DNA of 64,000 nt from Candidatus Xenobia bacterium (GTDB lineage Bacteria; Vulcanimicrobiota; Xenobia; Xenobiales; QWHO01): assembly GCA_045863235.1 (NCBI GenBank), contig BTUM01000002.1, positions 1 to 64,000 on the forward strand. The letters run 5' to 3'. Both the position numbers and the translations under genes were made by a program. Below, piece after piece: positions 1-9,641 of the stretch. The notes beneath the pieces were generated by a model. The model was not told the origin of the DNA. It worked only from the letters and a program-made list of their open reading frames with translations, and ran no database searches. The first letter of the stretch is position 1, and every line of letters begins with the position of its first letter.

Positions 1-2
1 GG

Positions 3-104
3 GGCTACCTGCGCATCAGCGGGCAGGCGGGGGAGCTTCGTTTCGAGCGGGCCGGGGAGGTGTTGCTGGGGGAGATGCGGGTGGTGAGCTTTGCGCCGGG
101 CTGA
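3..104 (+). CDS. 3' end of an unidentified CDS running in from the left edge
   Basis: Open frame GYLRISGQAGELRFERAGEVLLGEMRVVSFAPG* with GC-rich codon usage, TGA at 102-104. Confidence 0.45.
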   Translation, partial: GYLRISGQAGELRFERAGEVLLGEMRVVSFAPG

Positions 105-519
105 GCCATACTTGACTGAACAGAGCAAAATCAAATTTTGCTTTGAATTTCATGATATTAAATTCCTCGATGACATTGAAGGAAGGTTATCCTGGTTTGA
201 CCTCACTGATGGTTGGTTCTGGCTGGAAGTGGGCGACAAAGAGCTGTTTCGCTATACTGAGTCGGCATCCAGCTACCGATTAATGCCTTCCTGTATGCAG
301 TTCGAGATTTTGATCAACGGGGCCACCGTGGCGGAGCGTATTACCGCTCTTCAGTCGCGCAAAACACCGAGTTTCACTCTGCTTGCTGAGGAGTTGACCA
401 ACCGGTCACATTGGCTAGAGCGCTCTGCGGCACGCGCTCCTACCACAAACTGGAACACCGTTCGCCAGAGTGTAACTTGGCTGAACCAGGCCCGGCCTGG
501 CTGGGCTCATCTTGGGTGA
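91..519 (+). pseudogene. DUF5984-like protein, short or internally deleted remnant
   Basis: LSWFDLTDGWFWLEVGDKELFRY resembles the DUF5984 N-terminal motif; TNWNTVR resembles its C-terminus; only 142 aa; lower GC. Confidence 0.4.
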
Positions 520-589
520 CCTGCGTCACCTGGCAGGCGGCCTCGCGCGGATCCACGCTCCACATGATCGCCAAAGAAACGTTTGGCGA

Positions 590-1756
590 TCATGGAACCG
601 GGAACAGCTCCCGTAGCCCCTCTGTCCAGTGAAGCGCTGAGACGTGCTCGATTCTCTGGGGGGTCTCGTCCTGCGAAAAACAGAAGCACCGAGCTCCAGA
701 GAAGTCTCGACTGAGGTGCCGGAATCGACGCAGTTTCTCAGGCCGAATCGAACGGGTGGATTTGATCTCGATCAGAATGAGAGGCTCACCGGGGCGCTCC
801 AAGATGAGATCGATCTCGACTCCGTCCTTTGTCTTGAGGTAGTAGAAGTGGTAGTCGGTCCTGTGATAGGCGTTGAGCCGATAGCACTCCAGAATCAGGA
901 AATGCTCAAAGGTCTCACCGTAAAGCGAGGTTTGGGGCGTCGGCGGAAGGTGTAGCAGCCGGGCCAACGCTCGCTGCACCCCGATGTCAAAGAAATAGAA
1001 CTTCGGCTTGCCACTGACGGACTTTCGCAAAGAAGTCTCATAGGCTTCGAGCATGAAACCGACCAGGGTATCTTCGAGAATTTGGAAGTAGCTCTGAACC
1101 GTCTTGAGGTCGCAGCCGGTATCGCGGGCGATGCGGCTGGCTACCACTATCTGCCCGTTCATCTGCGCAGCGATGGGAAGAAACTTGCGAAACCCGTCCA
1201 ACTTCCTGACCAGCTGCTCGGCCCAGACTTCTTCCTTGAGATACACCTGGCTATAGGTTCGAAGATACTCTGCTCTCTCCAACTCGGAGCCCAGAGTCAC
1301 CACTCGGGGCAGGCTGCCCCAACGAAGGCAGGAGTCCAGGTCGAAAGAGCCACCGAGTTCCTGCCACGTGAGCGGAAACAGATTGTTCCAGTAGGCCCGA
1401 CCGGCCAGCATGTTCGCTTTGCCGGCTTTGAGTTTGCGGGCGCTGGAACCGGTCAGGGCAAACCTGACCCGGGTCGACTCGATGAGCCTATGGACCGAGT
1501 CGAGCAATCGCGGCACTTTCTGAATCTCATCCAGGACCACCCAGCCGGGCTGAGGCTGGCGTGCCAGCACCAATCGTTCGAGTCGCCCGGGATCGAGACT
1601 GTATGCTTCTTCCTGCTCGGGGTTGAGCAGATCGATCCACAGGACGTCAGGCTGGTCATCGAAGAACTGCCGTAGGAAAGTCGACTTGCCGGTTCCCCGT
1701 GCTCCAAAGAGAAAGAAACTCTGAGATGACAACGGCTGAATGAATCTACGGAACAT
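590..1756 (-). CDS. AAA+ ATPase with DUF4143 C-terminal domain
   Basis: Walker A GARGTGKS, Walker B VVLDEIQK, LTGSSA, KFYFFDIG, EIDLI...IEIKS; start taken at MFRRFI. Confidence 0.9.
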   Translation of the reverse strand: MFRRFIQPLSSQSFFLFGARGTGKSTFLRQFFDDQPDVLWIDLLNPEQEEAYSLDPGRLERLVLARQPQPGWVVLDEIQKVPRLLDSVHRLIESTRVRFALTGSSARKLKAGKANMLAGRAYWNNLFPLTWQELGGSFDLDSCLRWGSLPRVVTLGSELERAEYLRTYSQVYLKEEVWAEQLVRKLDGFRKFLPIAAQMNGQIVVASRIARDTGCDLKTVQSYFQILEDTLVGFMLEAYETSLRKSVSGKPKFYFFDIGVQRALARLLHLPPTPQTSLYGETFEHFLILECYRLNAYHRTDYHFYYLKTKDGVEIDLILERPGEPLILIEIKSTRSIRPEKLRRFRHLSRDFSGARCFCFSQDETPQRIEHVSALHWTEGLRELFPVP

Positions 1757-1973
1757 ACTCCATAATTTTACGCGATTAATGGAGTAAGAACCTTTTTTAG
1801 GAGCGGTCGGAAATCTTGAGGGATTTGCCGTCCAAACCAGGAGCGGAGCCGTGTCATCGGGGCGGAGGGGATTCTCCCTTGATCCCAAAGCATCCGCAAC
1901 CTGATCGGCCCTCGGCCGGTCTTACAAAGTCTTGATGAAGTTCCGAGATTCGGATTAAGCTAAGGCCCCCAAG

Positions 1974-3437
1974 GTGCAGCGCGCGATCGTCATAGCCCTG
2001 GTCCTCTGGTTTCTTCTGGTGCCCGCCCGGGCCCAGGGGCAGCCGGTGGCTGCGCCTTCCCCTTCCCCATCGCCGACACCGACTTCTCCCCCACCCTCCT
2101 TCCCTGGGCCCGACGATCCGGCCCTGACCATGGAGGATGCCGTCAGGATCGCGCTGGGCCAGCATCCCTCCATCGCCTCGGCGGGATACCAGGTAGAGGC
2201 GGCCGAGGCCGGCATCGGCAGCGCCGAGTCGAGCTACTATCCGCAGCTCAATCTTTCGGGCTCGTTCAACCATTCTGAAAACCAGCGCACGGTGGCCATC
2301 AACACACCTACCGGGGTGGCCGTGACCAACCTGCAGGGCAGCACCAGCCAGGTCAGCGTCAACAACTCGGCCAGTATCCAGGCCAATTTGAACCAGGTGT
2401 TGCTCGACCCCACACTCGGTCCGCGGGTAGAGTCAGCCACGCAGGGTTACCGGGCCTCCGAGTTCGAGCTCGACCGCACCCGCCAGGACGTCGTCGCGGA
2501 GGTGAGACGTCAGTTCGTAGCCACTCGCAACAATCAAGAGCTGGTTCGCATCGCCATTCGCCAGGTGGACACCGACCGGGCTCACCTGCGTGAGGCTCAG
2601 AGCTTCTACGAGGTGGGTACCCGGGCCCGCATCGACGTGCTCCGCGCCGAAGCCCAGCTCGCTCAATCCGAGCTGACGCTGGAGCGGGCCAAGAACCGGC
2701 TCGACGTCAGCTGGGTCACCCTCAACGTGGCCATGGGCTTGCCCCAGAGCACCCGCTATCGTCTGGCTGACCAGAGCTACAACCTCAATCCGGCCAGCGT
2801 CGATCGGCAACGCCTGTTAGAGACAGCCCTGGCCTTGCGACCCGAGCTGCAGACCCAGCAGGCCCGCTTGCGGGCCACCCTGGCCAACCTGGAGGCCACC
2901 TTTGCCGACCGCCTGCCCCGGTTGTCGGCCAACATGGGTTACAATCTCAGCGGCTCGCCATCGCCGCTGGATCCAGGGTGGAATGTGGGAGTCAACCTCA
3001 GCTGGGCCCTCTTCGATGGCTTTCTGACTCGCTATCAGGCCCTGGAGCAGATCAAGACAGCCCAGTCGCAGGCTGAGGAGCTTCGTCAGAGCCAGAACAC
3101 GGTCTACCAGGAGGTGCAGAGCAACTATCTCGATTGGAGCACCGCCTACCGCTCCATCTCCCGGGCCGAGGTGAATGAGCAAGCCGCCAAAGAAGCCTTC
3201 GTGATCGCCCAGGAGCGCTACCGGGTGGGAGTGGGCAGCTACCTCGAGTTCCTGGACGCCGAGCTGGCCTGGCGCACGGCCCAGGTGGAGCTGGTCCAGG
3301 CCCAGACCGATTACCATACCGCTCGCATCAACCTCGAGCGGGCCATCGGTGTGGCCAACCTGGAAGAGCTTCCGCCCCCTCTACCGCCGGTCGAGGCAGA
3401 CGAGATTCCGTTTACCGAGGAGGACCAGGCGCCATGA
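1974..3437 (+). CDS. TolC-family outer membrane efflux protein
   Basis: Signal peptide, two OEP repeats (YYPQLNLSGS; ERYRVGVGSYLEFLDAE), first gene of the efflux operon. Confidence 0.9.
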   Translation: MQRAIVIALVLWFLLVPARAQGQPVAAPSPSPSPTPTSPPPSFPGPDDPALTMEDAVRIALGQHPSIASAGYQVEAAEAGIGSAESSYYPQLNLSGSFNHSENQRTVAINTPTGVAVTNLQGSTSQVSVNNSASIQANLNQVLLDPTLGPRVESATQGYRASEFELDRTRQDVVAEVRRQFVATRNNQELVRIAIRQVDTDRAHLREAQSFYEVGTRARIDVLRAEAQLAQSELTLERAKNRLDVSWVTLNVAMGLPQSTRYRLADQSYNLNPASVDRQRLLETALALRPELQTQQARLRATLANLEATFADRLPRLSANMGYNLSGSPSPLDPGWNVGVNLSWALFDGFLTRYQALEQIKTAQSQAEELRQSQNTVYQEVQSNYLDWSTAYRSISRAEVNEQAAKEAFVIAQERYRVGVGSYLEFLDAELAWRTAQVELVQAQTDYHTARINLERAIGVANLEELPPPLPPVEADEIPFTEEDQAP

Positions 3438-4966
3438 AACGGTTCTTCGCCATCCTGGCGCTGCTGCTGGTTGGTCTGGCCGTGTACTACTGGCTGAGCG
3501 GTGCGGGCAAGTCCGAGAAGGTGGAGTATCGCACCGAGCCGGTCACGCGGGGGGACCTCAGCTCCAAGGTCTCGGCCACCGGCAGCCTGCAGGCGGTCAC
3601 GAAAATCACTGTCGGCAGCGAGGTCTCCGGCAAGATCGAGAAGCTTTACGTCGACTTCAACTCGCGGGTCAAGAAGGGGGACATTCTGGCCGAGATCGAC
3701 CCCTCGACCTTTCGAGCCCGGGTGGAGCTGCAAGAGGCCAACCTGAGTGACGCCCAGGCCGCCCTCGACAACGCCAGCGCCAATGCCATCAATGCTCAGG
3801 CCTCCATTCGACGCTCGGAGGCTACCATGGCATCGGCCCGGGCACAGATCGAGCAGGCACGAGCCACCATCGCCAACAACAAGGCCTCCGCCGAGGCGGC
3901 TCGGGCCAACATCGACCGCGGCCGGGCCGACCTGGACAACACGCGCCTTGATTTCGAGCGCCTGCAAGAGCTGAGAAAGCGAGACCTCATCTCCCAGGCC
4001 GATGTGGACGATGCCCGTGCGCTCTACCGCCAGTCGCAGGCGAGCTTGAGCTCGCTGGTCAGCCAGGCCGAGGCGGCCGAGGCCACCTATCGAGCCTCGC
4101 TGGCCTTGATGCAGGCCCGCGAGGCCGATCTTCTTTCAGCCCAGACCGACCGCGACGGAGCCATCGCCCAGGCCAACGCAGCCCGGGCCCAGGTGCGCTC
4201 GGCCGAGGCCCGGGTGCGCCAGGCCCGCGCCAACCTCGAGCAGGCCGAGGTCGACCTCTCCCGCACCATCCTGCGCTCTCCCATCGACGGCATCGTGCTC
4301 GACCGCAAGGTGACCATCGGTCAGACGGTGGCGGCCCAGTTCCAGGCTCCGGATCTCTTCACCCTGGCCCAGAACCTCGATCACATGCAGGTAGAGGCGG
4401 CCGTGGACGAGGCCGATATCGGGCAGGTCAAACTCGGCGCTGAGGCCAGCTTCACCGTGGACTCCTTTCCAGCCGACAAGTTCACCGGCAAGGTGACCGA
4501 GGTGCGCAAGGCGGCCGTGGTGGTGCAGAACGTGGTCACCTACACGGTCATCATCCGAACTCAGAACGAGGGTCTGCGGCTCATGCCCGGCATGACGGCC
4601 ACCGTGGGCATCCAGGTCGAGAGCCGTGAGAACGTCTTGATGGTGCCCAACGCCGCCCTGCGTTTTCTGCCCGCCGGGACCAGCGCCAGGAAGAGCCCGG
4701 CCGCCAGTCGCTCGCCTGCGGGCGGCAAGCCTGGCAGACCCGGGAAGAAGAATGGCAGCCGCACCGTTTATACCCTGGAGAACGACAATCTGAAACCCCA
4801 CGAGGTCAAGACGGGCATTACCGACGGGATCAACACCGAGCTCCTGGAGGGAGACCTGAAAGAAGGCGATCAGGTGGTGATCGAGGCCATCGGGGAAACC
4901 CCCAAGCCGGTCTCCACGGGTCAATCGGGGGGCGGCAGCCGCACCCGCGGGCCGAGGTTCTTCTGA
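3434..4966 (+). CDS. Efflux periplasmic adaptor (MacA/HlyD-like) with long coiled coil
   Basis: N-terminal TM, VGSEVSGKIEKLYVDFNSRVKKGD, RSPIDGIV, VDEADIG, LMPGMTA; ATGA overlap with TolC. Confidence 0.92.
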   Translation: MKRFFAILALLLVGLAVYYWLSGAGKSEKVEYRTEPVTRGDLSSKVSATGSLQAVTKITVGSEVSGKIEKLYVDFNSRVKKGDILAEIDPSTFRARVELQEANLSDAQAALDNASANAINAQASIRRSEATMASARAQIEQARATIANNKASAEAARANIDRGRADLDNTRLDFERLQELRKRDLISQADVDDARALYRQSQASLSSLVSQAEAAEATYRASLALMQAREADLLSAQTDRDGAIAQANAARAQVRSAEARVRQARANLEQAEVDLSRTILRSPIDGIVLDRKVTIGQTVAAQFQAPDLFTLAQNLDHMQVEAAVDEADIGQVKLGAEASFTVDSFPADKFTGKVTEVRKAAVVVQNVVTYTVIIRTQNEGLRLMPGMTATVGIQVESRENVLMVPNAALRFLPAGTSARKSPAASRSPAGGKPGRPGKKNGSRTVYTLENDNLKPHEVKTGITDGINTELLEGDLKEGDQVVIEAIGETPKPVSTGQSGGGSRTRGPRFF

Positions 4967-5694
4967 GCGGCCCGGTCATCGAGGCGCGTGATCTCACCCG
5001 CGTCTACCGTACCGGCGAAGTGGAGGTGCACGCCCTGCGCGGGGTTTCGTTCACCATCGAGAAGGGTGACTTCGTGGCCATCATGGGCCCCTCCGGCTCG
5101 GGCAAGTCCACCACGATGAACATGCTGGGCTGTCTGGATCGCCCCACCAGTGGCAGCTACCGACTCGACGGGGTGGAGGTGGCCAGCCTGTCGCGCGACG
5201 AGCTGGCGGGCATCCGCAACAAGAAGATCGGCTTCGTCTTTCAGGGGTTCAACCTGCTGCCCCGCACCACCGCTCTGGAGAACGTCGAGCTGCCGCTCCT
5301 CTATGGCAACACCACCTCGGCCAGCGAGCGCGCTCAACGGGCCACCGAGTCCCTGCAGCGGGTCAATCTGGGCAAGCGCCTGGATCACATTCCCACTCAG
5401 CTCTCGGGAGGCGAGCAGCAACGGGTGGCCATCGCCCGCGCGCTGGTGACCCGGCCAGCCCTGATTCTGGCCGACGAGCCTACCGGAAATCTCGATCACC
5501 GCACCAGCGTTGAGATCATGCGACTGTTTCAAGAGCTCAACGAGCAGGGCATGACCATCCTGGTGGTCACCCACGAGGCCGATATCGCCCAGTACTGCAA
5601 GCGGACCATCCTGTTTCGAGACGGGCAGATTCGCTCCGATCAACCGGTCATTGAACGCCTGGATGCCCAGAAGGTGCTGGCCGAGCTCGGATGA
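4963..5694 (+). CDS. ABC transporter ATP-binding protein (MacB/LolD-like), probable CTG start
   Basis: [28 protein letters not shown]; conserved N-terminus ([14 protein letters not shown]) lies upstream of the first GTG at 5020, in frame with CTG 4963. Confidence 0.9.
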   Translation: MSGPVIEARDLTRVYRTGEVEVHALRGVSFTIEKGDFVAIMGPSGSGKSTTMNMLGCLDRPTSGSYRLDGVEVASLSRDELAGIRNKKIGFVFQGFNLLPRTTALENVELPLLYGNTTSASERAQRATESLQRVNLGKRLDHIPTQLSGGEQQRVAIARALVTRPALILADEPTGNLDHRTSVEIMRLFQELNEQGMTILVVTHEADIAQYCKRTILFRDGQIRSDQPVIERLDAQKVLAELG

Positions 5695-6908
5695 CCTGGT
5701 ACCTGACGCTGCGCATCGCCTTCCGCGCCTTGTTGCGCAACGGACTGCGCACCTTTCTCACCATGCTGGGGATGATCATCGGGGTAGCCGCGGTCATCTC
5801 CATGCTGGCCATCGGCACCGGGGCCCAGCAGTCGGTCTCGGCCAGCATCGCCAGCCTGGGTACCAACACGCTCATCATCATGGCCGGCTCCTCCACCACG
5901 GGCGGGGTGCGCAGCGGGGCCGGAGGGCGCTCGACGCTGACCGCCGACGATGTGCAGTCCATCCTGGAGGAGTGCTCGGCGGTGGGGGCGGCCACCCCCA
6001 TGACCCAGCAAGGGGCCCAGATCGTCTACCAGAACCAGAACTGGTTCACCCAGGTCTCGGGCGGCGGGGTGGACTATCCCCAGGTGCGCAACTGGCCGGT
6101 GGTCGAGGGCCGCTTCTTCACCGAAGACGAAGTGCGCGTCTCGGCCAAGGTGTGCGTGCTGGGGCGGGTGGTGGCCGACAACCTCTTTGCCGGCGACGAT
6201 CCTCTCGACAAGGTGATCCGGATTCGCAACGTTCCGATGCGCGTGATCGGCGTTCTGAGCGAGAAGGGAGACTCGGCCTTCGGGGGCAGCCAGGATGACG
6301 TGATCCTGGTGCCCTATACCACGGCCATGCGCCGCATCTTTCGGCAAGACTCGCTGCGCACCGCCCTGGTTTCGGCCCGAACCCCGGAAGACGTGGAGCG
6401 GGCCAAACAGCAGATGACCGCACTGCTGCGCGAGCGCCACAAGCTGGCCGAGGGCGAAGAGGACGACTTCACCATTCGTTCCCAGGCCGAGTTCGCCCAG
6501 GCTGCCGACGAGTCCACCCGGGTTTTTACGATGCTGCTCGGAGGCATCGCCTCGGTCTCCTTGCTGGTAGGCGGCATCGGGATCATGAACATCATGCTGG
6601 TCTCGGTGACCGAGCGCATTCGCGAGATCGGCATTCGGATGGCCCTGGGAGCGCGAGGCAAGGACATTCTGCTCCAGTTTCTGGTGGAGGCGGTGGTCAT
6701 CTCGCTACTCGGCGGCGCGCTGGGAGTGGCCCTGGGCTACGGGGTGGCCCTGCTCTCGGCAGCCTGGTCGCAATGGCCCCCCGTGGTCACTCCTGGCTCG
6801 ATCATCCTGGCCTTCGGATTCTCGGCAGTGGTGGGCGTGTTCTTCGGGCTCTACCCGGCGGTCAAAGCCTCGCAGCTCGACCCCATCGAGGCCCTGCGGC
6901 ACGAGTGA
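5691..6908 (+). CDS. ABC transporter permease (MacB/FtsX family)
   Basis: LTMLGMIIGVAAVI, GGIGIMNIMLVSVTERIREIGIR, LDPIEALRHE. Confidence 0.93.
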   Translation: MTWYLTLRIAFRALLRNGLRTFLTMLGMIIGVAAVISMLAIGTGAQQSVSASIASLGTNTLIIMAGSSTTGGVRSGAGGRSTLTADDVQSILEECSAVGAATPMTQQGAQIVYQNQNWFTQVSGGGVDYPQVRNWPVVEGRFFTEDEVRVSAKVCVLGRVVADNLFAGDDPLDKVIRIRNVPMRVIGVLSEKGDSAFGGSQDDVILVPYTTAMRRIFRQDSLRTALVSARTPEDVERAKQQMTALLRERHKLAEGEEDDFTIRSQAEFAQAADESTRVFTMLLGGIASVSLLVGGIGIMNIMLVSVTERIREIGIRMALGARGKDILLQFLVEAVVISLLGGALGVALGYGVALLSAAWSQWPPVVTPGSIILAFGFSAVVGVFFGLYPAVKASQLDPIEALRHE

Positions 6909-6912
6909 TTGG

Positions 6913-7542
6913 CTAGTTCTGATAAACCCGCTCGCGTTCGGGAGCCGGGGCTTTCTCGAGACAGTGCGCCAGCATGCGTGCCCGCTGCAGGACGTCGGCC
7001 TGGGCCAAAAGCCAGACCCGGGTGGGCATGCTGAGAGGAAGATGGAAGGCCAGAAGATCCATCCAGATACCCGCCGGGGCCCGCCCGTGCAGCTCTGCCA
7101 CCACCGCCGGCAAGCCTGGGAACAGGCTCGTCGCCCCGCCCAGCCGGCGATAGTGCTCGAAGACCTCGGGATGCTCACGGTTGCGCTCGGGGCAGATCAC
7201 CAGGTTGGTGGCCCAGGGGCCGTCATTGTCGAACACGACCCGCTGCAGACCGACCATCTTGTAATTGGCCCCGTTGACCAGCGCCTGCACGAACTCGAGA
7301 CGGCAGAGGCATCCGAGCAGGGGGTTGCCCTCGGGCCGCAGCACGAAAGTGTCGCCCGGACTGAGTAAGGCCAGCTCAGGGAGCAAGGGCTCACCCACGT
7401 GCACCGTCATGTAGACGCCCGGAAAGAGCACCGTGGGGAAATCGATTTTTCGAAGTCGCGTGTTCACCCGGCCCGGTTCTTCTACGTCAGACTTCCAAAC
7501 CCCGCTGGCGTGCCGACCGACAAGCGATGCTTTGGAGTGCAA
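6913..7542 (-). CDS. Lon-protease N-terminal (substrate-binding) domain-like protein
   Basis: FPTVLFPGVYMTVHVGEP, C-terminal DLLAFHLPL...LLAQADVLQRARML pattern; start uncertain. Confidence 0.55.
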   Translation of the reverse strand: MHSKASLVGRHASGVWKSDVEEPGRVNTRLRKIDFPTVLFPGVYMTVHVGEPLLPELALLSPGDTFVLRPEGNPLLGCLCRLEFVQALVNGANYKMVGLQRVVFDNDGPWATNLVICPERNREHPEVFEHYRRLGGATSLFPGLPAVVAELHGRAPAGIWMDLLAFHLPLSMPTRVWLLAQADVLQRARMLAHCLEKAPAPERERVYQN

Positions 7543-7652
7543 GGCCTTTGGTCCTGGACTTTACAACGCGTTCCTCAGATTGCTAACCAGAGTGCGAGCA
7601 CACTAGGAGCGCAGCCGGAAACCCCCTTGACACGGTTTTCCGGCTGCGCGAA

Positions 7653-7699
7653 GCCCAACATATTGTGCTAGAGGTTCAGCCGCCTACAACATCTTGTGG
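7653..7699. promoter_or_regulatory. Tandem NrdR-box-like sites
   Basis: gcccaacatattgtgc (7653-7668) and ctacaacatcttgtgg (7684-7699) fit acaCwAtATaTwGtgt and are 31 bp apart; TTGACA at 7627-7632. Confidence 0.65.
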
Positions 7700-7745
7700 T
7701 GGTGGAGGTGCCCTCCGACACCACAAGGGGTTTGCGGCTGGACCT

Positions 7746-7991
7746 CTAGCTCTCAGGCCGTAGAGTGCTGCGCAAACGCAGCGTGAGCCGCTGGCGCACC
7801 TCCAGAGGCAATTCGACGTAAAGCGAGCCTTCGCGGTATAGCCTCAGCGTGCGCCGGGTCGTGCTGACCACCACCTCGCATTCGGGGCACTCTCGCAGGT
7901 GCTGCTCGAGCGCCTCGCACAGCTCGGGCGCGAGCTCTCCGTCCAGAAAATCGAGCATCGCTTCCTTGAGGCTTTCACAGCACTTCTTCAT
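7746..7991 (-). CDS. Zinc-binding anti-sigma factor (zf-HC2)
   Basis: DFLDGEL...HLRECPEC (HxxxCxxC); overlaps the sigma gene stop. Confidence 0.88.
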   Translation of the reverse strand: MKKCCESLKEAMLDFLDGELAPELCEALEQHLRECPECEVVVSTTRRTLRLYREGSLYVELPLEVRQRLTLRLRSTLRPES

Positions 7992-8566
7992 GCGTTCTCC
8001 CCCACATAGTCCGCCAGCAATTCTCGCAACTTGAGACGGGCCCTCAAAAGGCGCGTCTTGACGTTGCCCAGCTCCAGGCCCAGCACGTCGGCCACCTCCT
8101 GGGTGCTGAGGCCCTCCACGTCGCGCAAAAAGAAGACAGCCTTGTAAGGCGGTGGCAAGGCGTCCACAGCCTGAATCAGGCGACGCCGCAACTCCTCATC
8201 CTCCGCCGCCACCTCCGGGTCGGAACTCCGATCGGTGGTGACCAGCTCGGCCTCGTCATCGAGCCACTGCTCGAGCTTTCCCTTGTCCTTGCGAAGCCGG
8301 CTGAGGGCGTGATTGGCGGCGATGCGGTAGAGCCAGGTCTTGAACGAGGCCTGGCGGCGGAAGTCGGCCAGATGAGTATAGGCCGACAGAAAGGTCTCCT
8401 GGAGCACCTCCTCGGCGTCGGCCGGGTTGTGCAACATCTTGAGGCCAAGATGGTAAACCCCGCTGGCGTGACGCTCGACGAGTTGCTCAAAGGCCTGGTA
8501 ATCGCCGCCGGCAGCCTGCTCGACGAGCTGGTCCTCGGCGGTGAATCTTTCTGGTTTGACCTGCAT
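7988..8566 (-). CDS. ECF RNA polymerase sigma factor
   Basis: DAEEVLQETFLSAY, FKTWLYRIAAN, GLSTQEVADVLGLELGNVKTRLLRAR. Confidence 0.93.
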   Translation of the reverse strand: MQVKPERFTAEDQLVEQAAGGDYQAFEQLVERHASGVYHLGLKMLHNPADAEEVLQETFLSAYTHLADFRRQASFKTWLYRIAANHALSRLRKDKGKLEQWLDDEAELVTTDRSSDPEVAAEDEELRRRLIQAVDALPPPYKAVFFLRDVEGLSTQEVADVLGLELGNVKTRLLRARLKLRELLADYVGENA

Positions 8567-8594
8567 CTACAGGGATGAAAGGAAGGTTTTCAAA

Positions 8595-8927
8595 GTGTCC
8601 GTCACAGCTGTCAACAACTCACAGTTTTCGTCCGAGGTGCTCTCTTGGCCGGTTCCCGTACTGGTCGACTTCTGGGCCCCCTGGTGCCCACCCTGCCGCC
8701 TGCTCGCTCCCGAGTTGGAGAAGGTGGCCGACCGATTCGCCGGTCGCCTCAAGGTCGTCAAGGTGGACACCGAGCAAAGTCAGGGGCTGGCACTGCGCTA
8801 TCAGGTGCGCGGCATTCCCCACCTGATGGTCTTCCACCGGGGTGAGCCGGTGGCTCAGCACACCGGATTCCTGGACGCTGACATGCTCGGCCGATGGCTC
8901 GAGATGGTGCTGACCAGAGCCGCCTGA
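8595..8927 (+). CDS. trxA: Thioredoxin
   Basis: VLVDFWAPWCPPCR, YQVRGIP; GTG start at 8595 gives the usual length. Confidence 0.88.
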   Translation: MSVTAVNNSQFSSEVLSWPVPVLVDFWAPWCPPCRLLAPELEKVADRFAGRLKVVKVDTEQSQGLALRYQVRGIPHLMVFHRGEPVAQHTGFLDADMLGRWLEMVLTRAA

Positions 8928-8972
8928 TCCGCTCGAGGGGATTTCCCCCGGTCTCGTGCCGAACCGACGGCC

Positions 8973-9641
8973 ATGCACCACCATCGCAGCCGCTCGGCCT
9001 ATCTGGTCTGGAGCCTGACCTTGATGGTGTTGCTCGCGCCGTTCTTCGTCGAGACCCCGCATCTGAGCCATCACCTGATCGCCCGCATTCTCATCACCAT
9101 CGGACTTGCGGCCGGCGTCTACGCGGTCAGCCACGATCGCGGCCACCTCATCCTGTGTGGAATCCTCATGCTGGCCACGGTGGTGCTCTCACTTTGCATG
9201 ATATGGTGGCCGGTGCGAGCAATGATCATCGCCAACCTGATTCTCGGGGCGGTGCTCTACTTCGTGCTGGCCCTGTTGCTGGTGCAACACATCATGCGCA
9301 CGCGCAGGGTCACGGCTGACACGATCTATACCTCGGTGGCTGGCTACCAGCTGCTGGTGGCGGGCTGGGCGGCCCTCTACTTGCTGGTGGCGGTGGTCGA
9401 GCCGGGCTCCTTCACGGGCAACCTGCACCCCCACCCGCCACTGCCTTTCAACTTCTTTGAGGCGCTCTACTTCAGCACCACCACGCTGACGTCGGTCGGA
9501 TATGGGGACATCATCCCCGTGTCCCCCATGGCGCGCGCACTGGCGGTGGTGGAGATGTGGATGGGGGCCCTCTATCCGGCCGTGCTGATCGCGCGACTTG
9601 TAGGGATGTACTCGGGCCCGTCCGAGACAGGCTCGATTTAA
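8973..9641 (+). CDS. Potassium channel family protein
   Basis: Multiple TMs; LYFSTTTLTSVGYGDIIP selectivity filter. Confidence 0.88.
   Translation: MHHHRSRSAYLVWSLTLMVLLAPFFVETPHLSHHLIARILITIGLAAGVYAVSHDRGHLILCGILMLATVVLSLCMIWWPVRAMIIANLILGAVLYFVLALLLVQHIMRTRRVTADTIYTSVAGYQLLVAGWAALYLLVAVVEPGSFTGNLHPHPPLPFNFFEALYFSTTTLTSVGYGDIIPVSPMARALAVVEMWMGALYPAVLIARLVGMYSGPSETGSI

Noticed and set aside
7558..7579. TCTGAGG-N9-TAAAGT upstream of the Lon-N-like gene
   Set aside because: Only a half site; upstream heptamer missing, so not counted in the regulon
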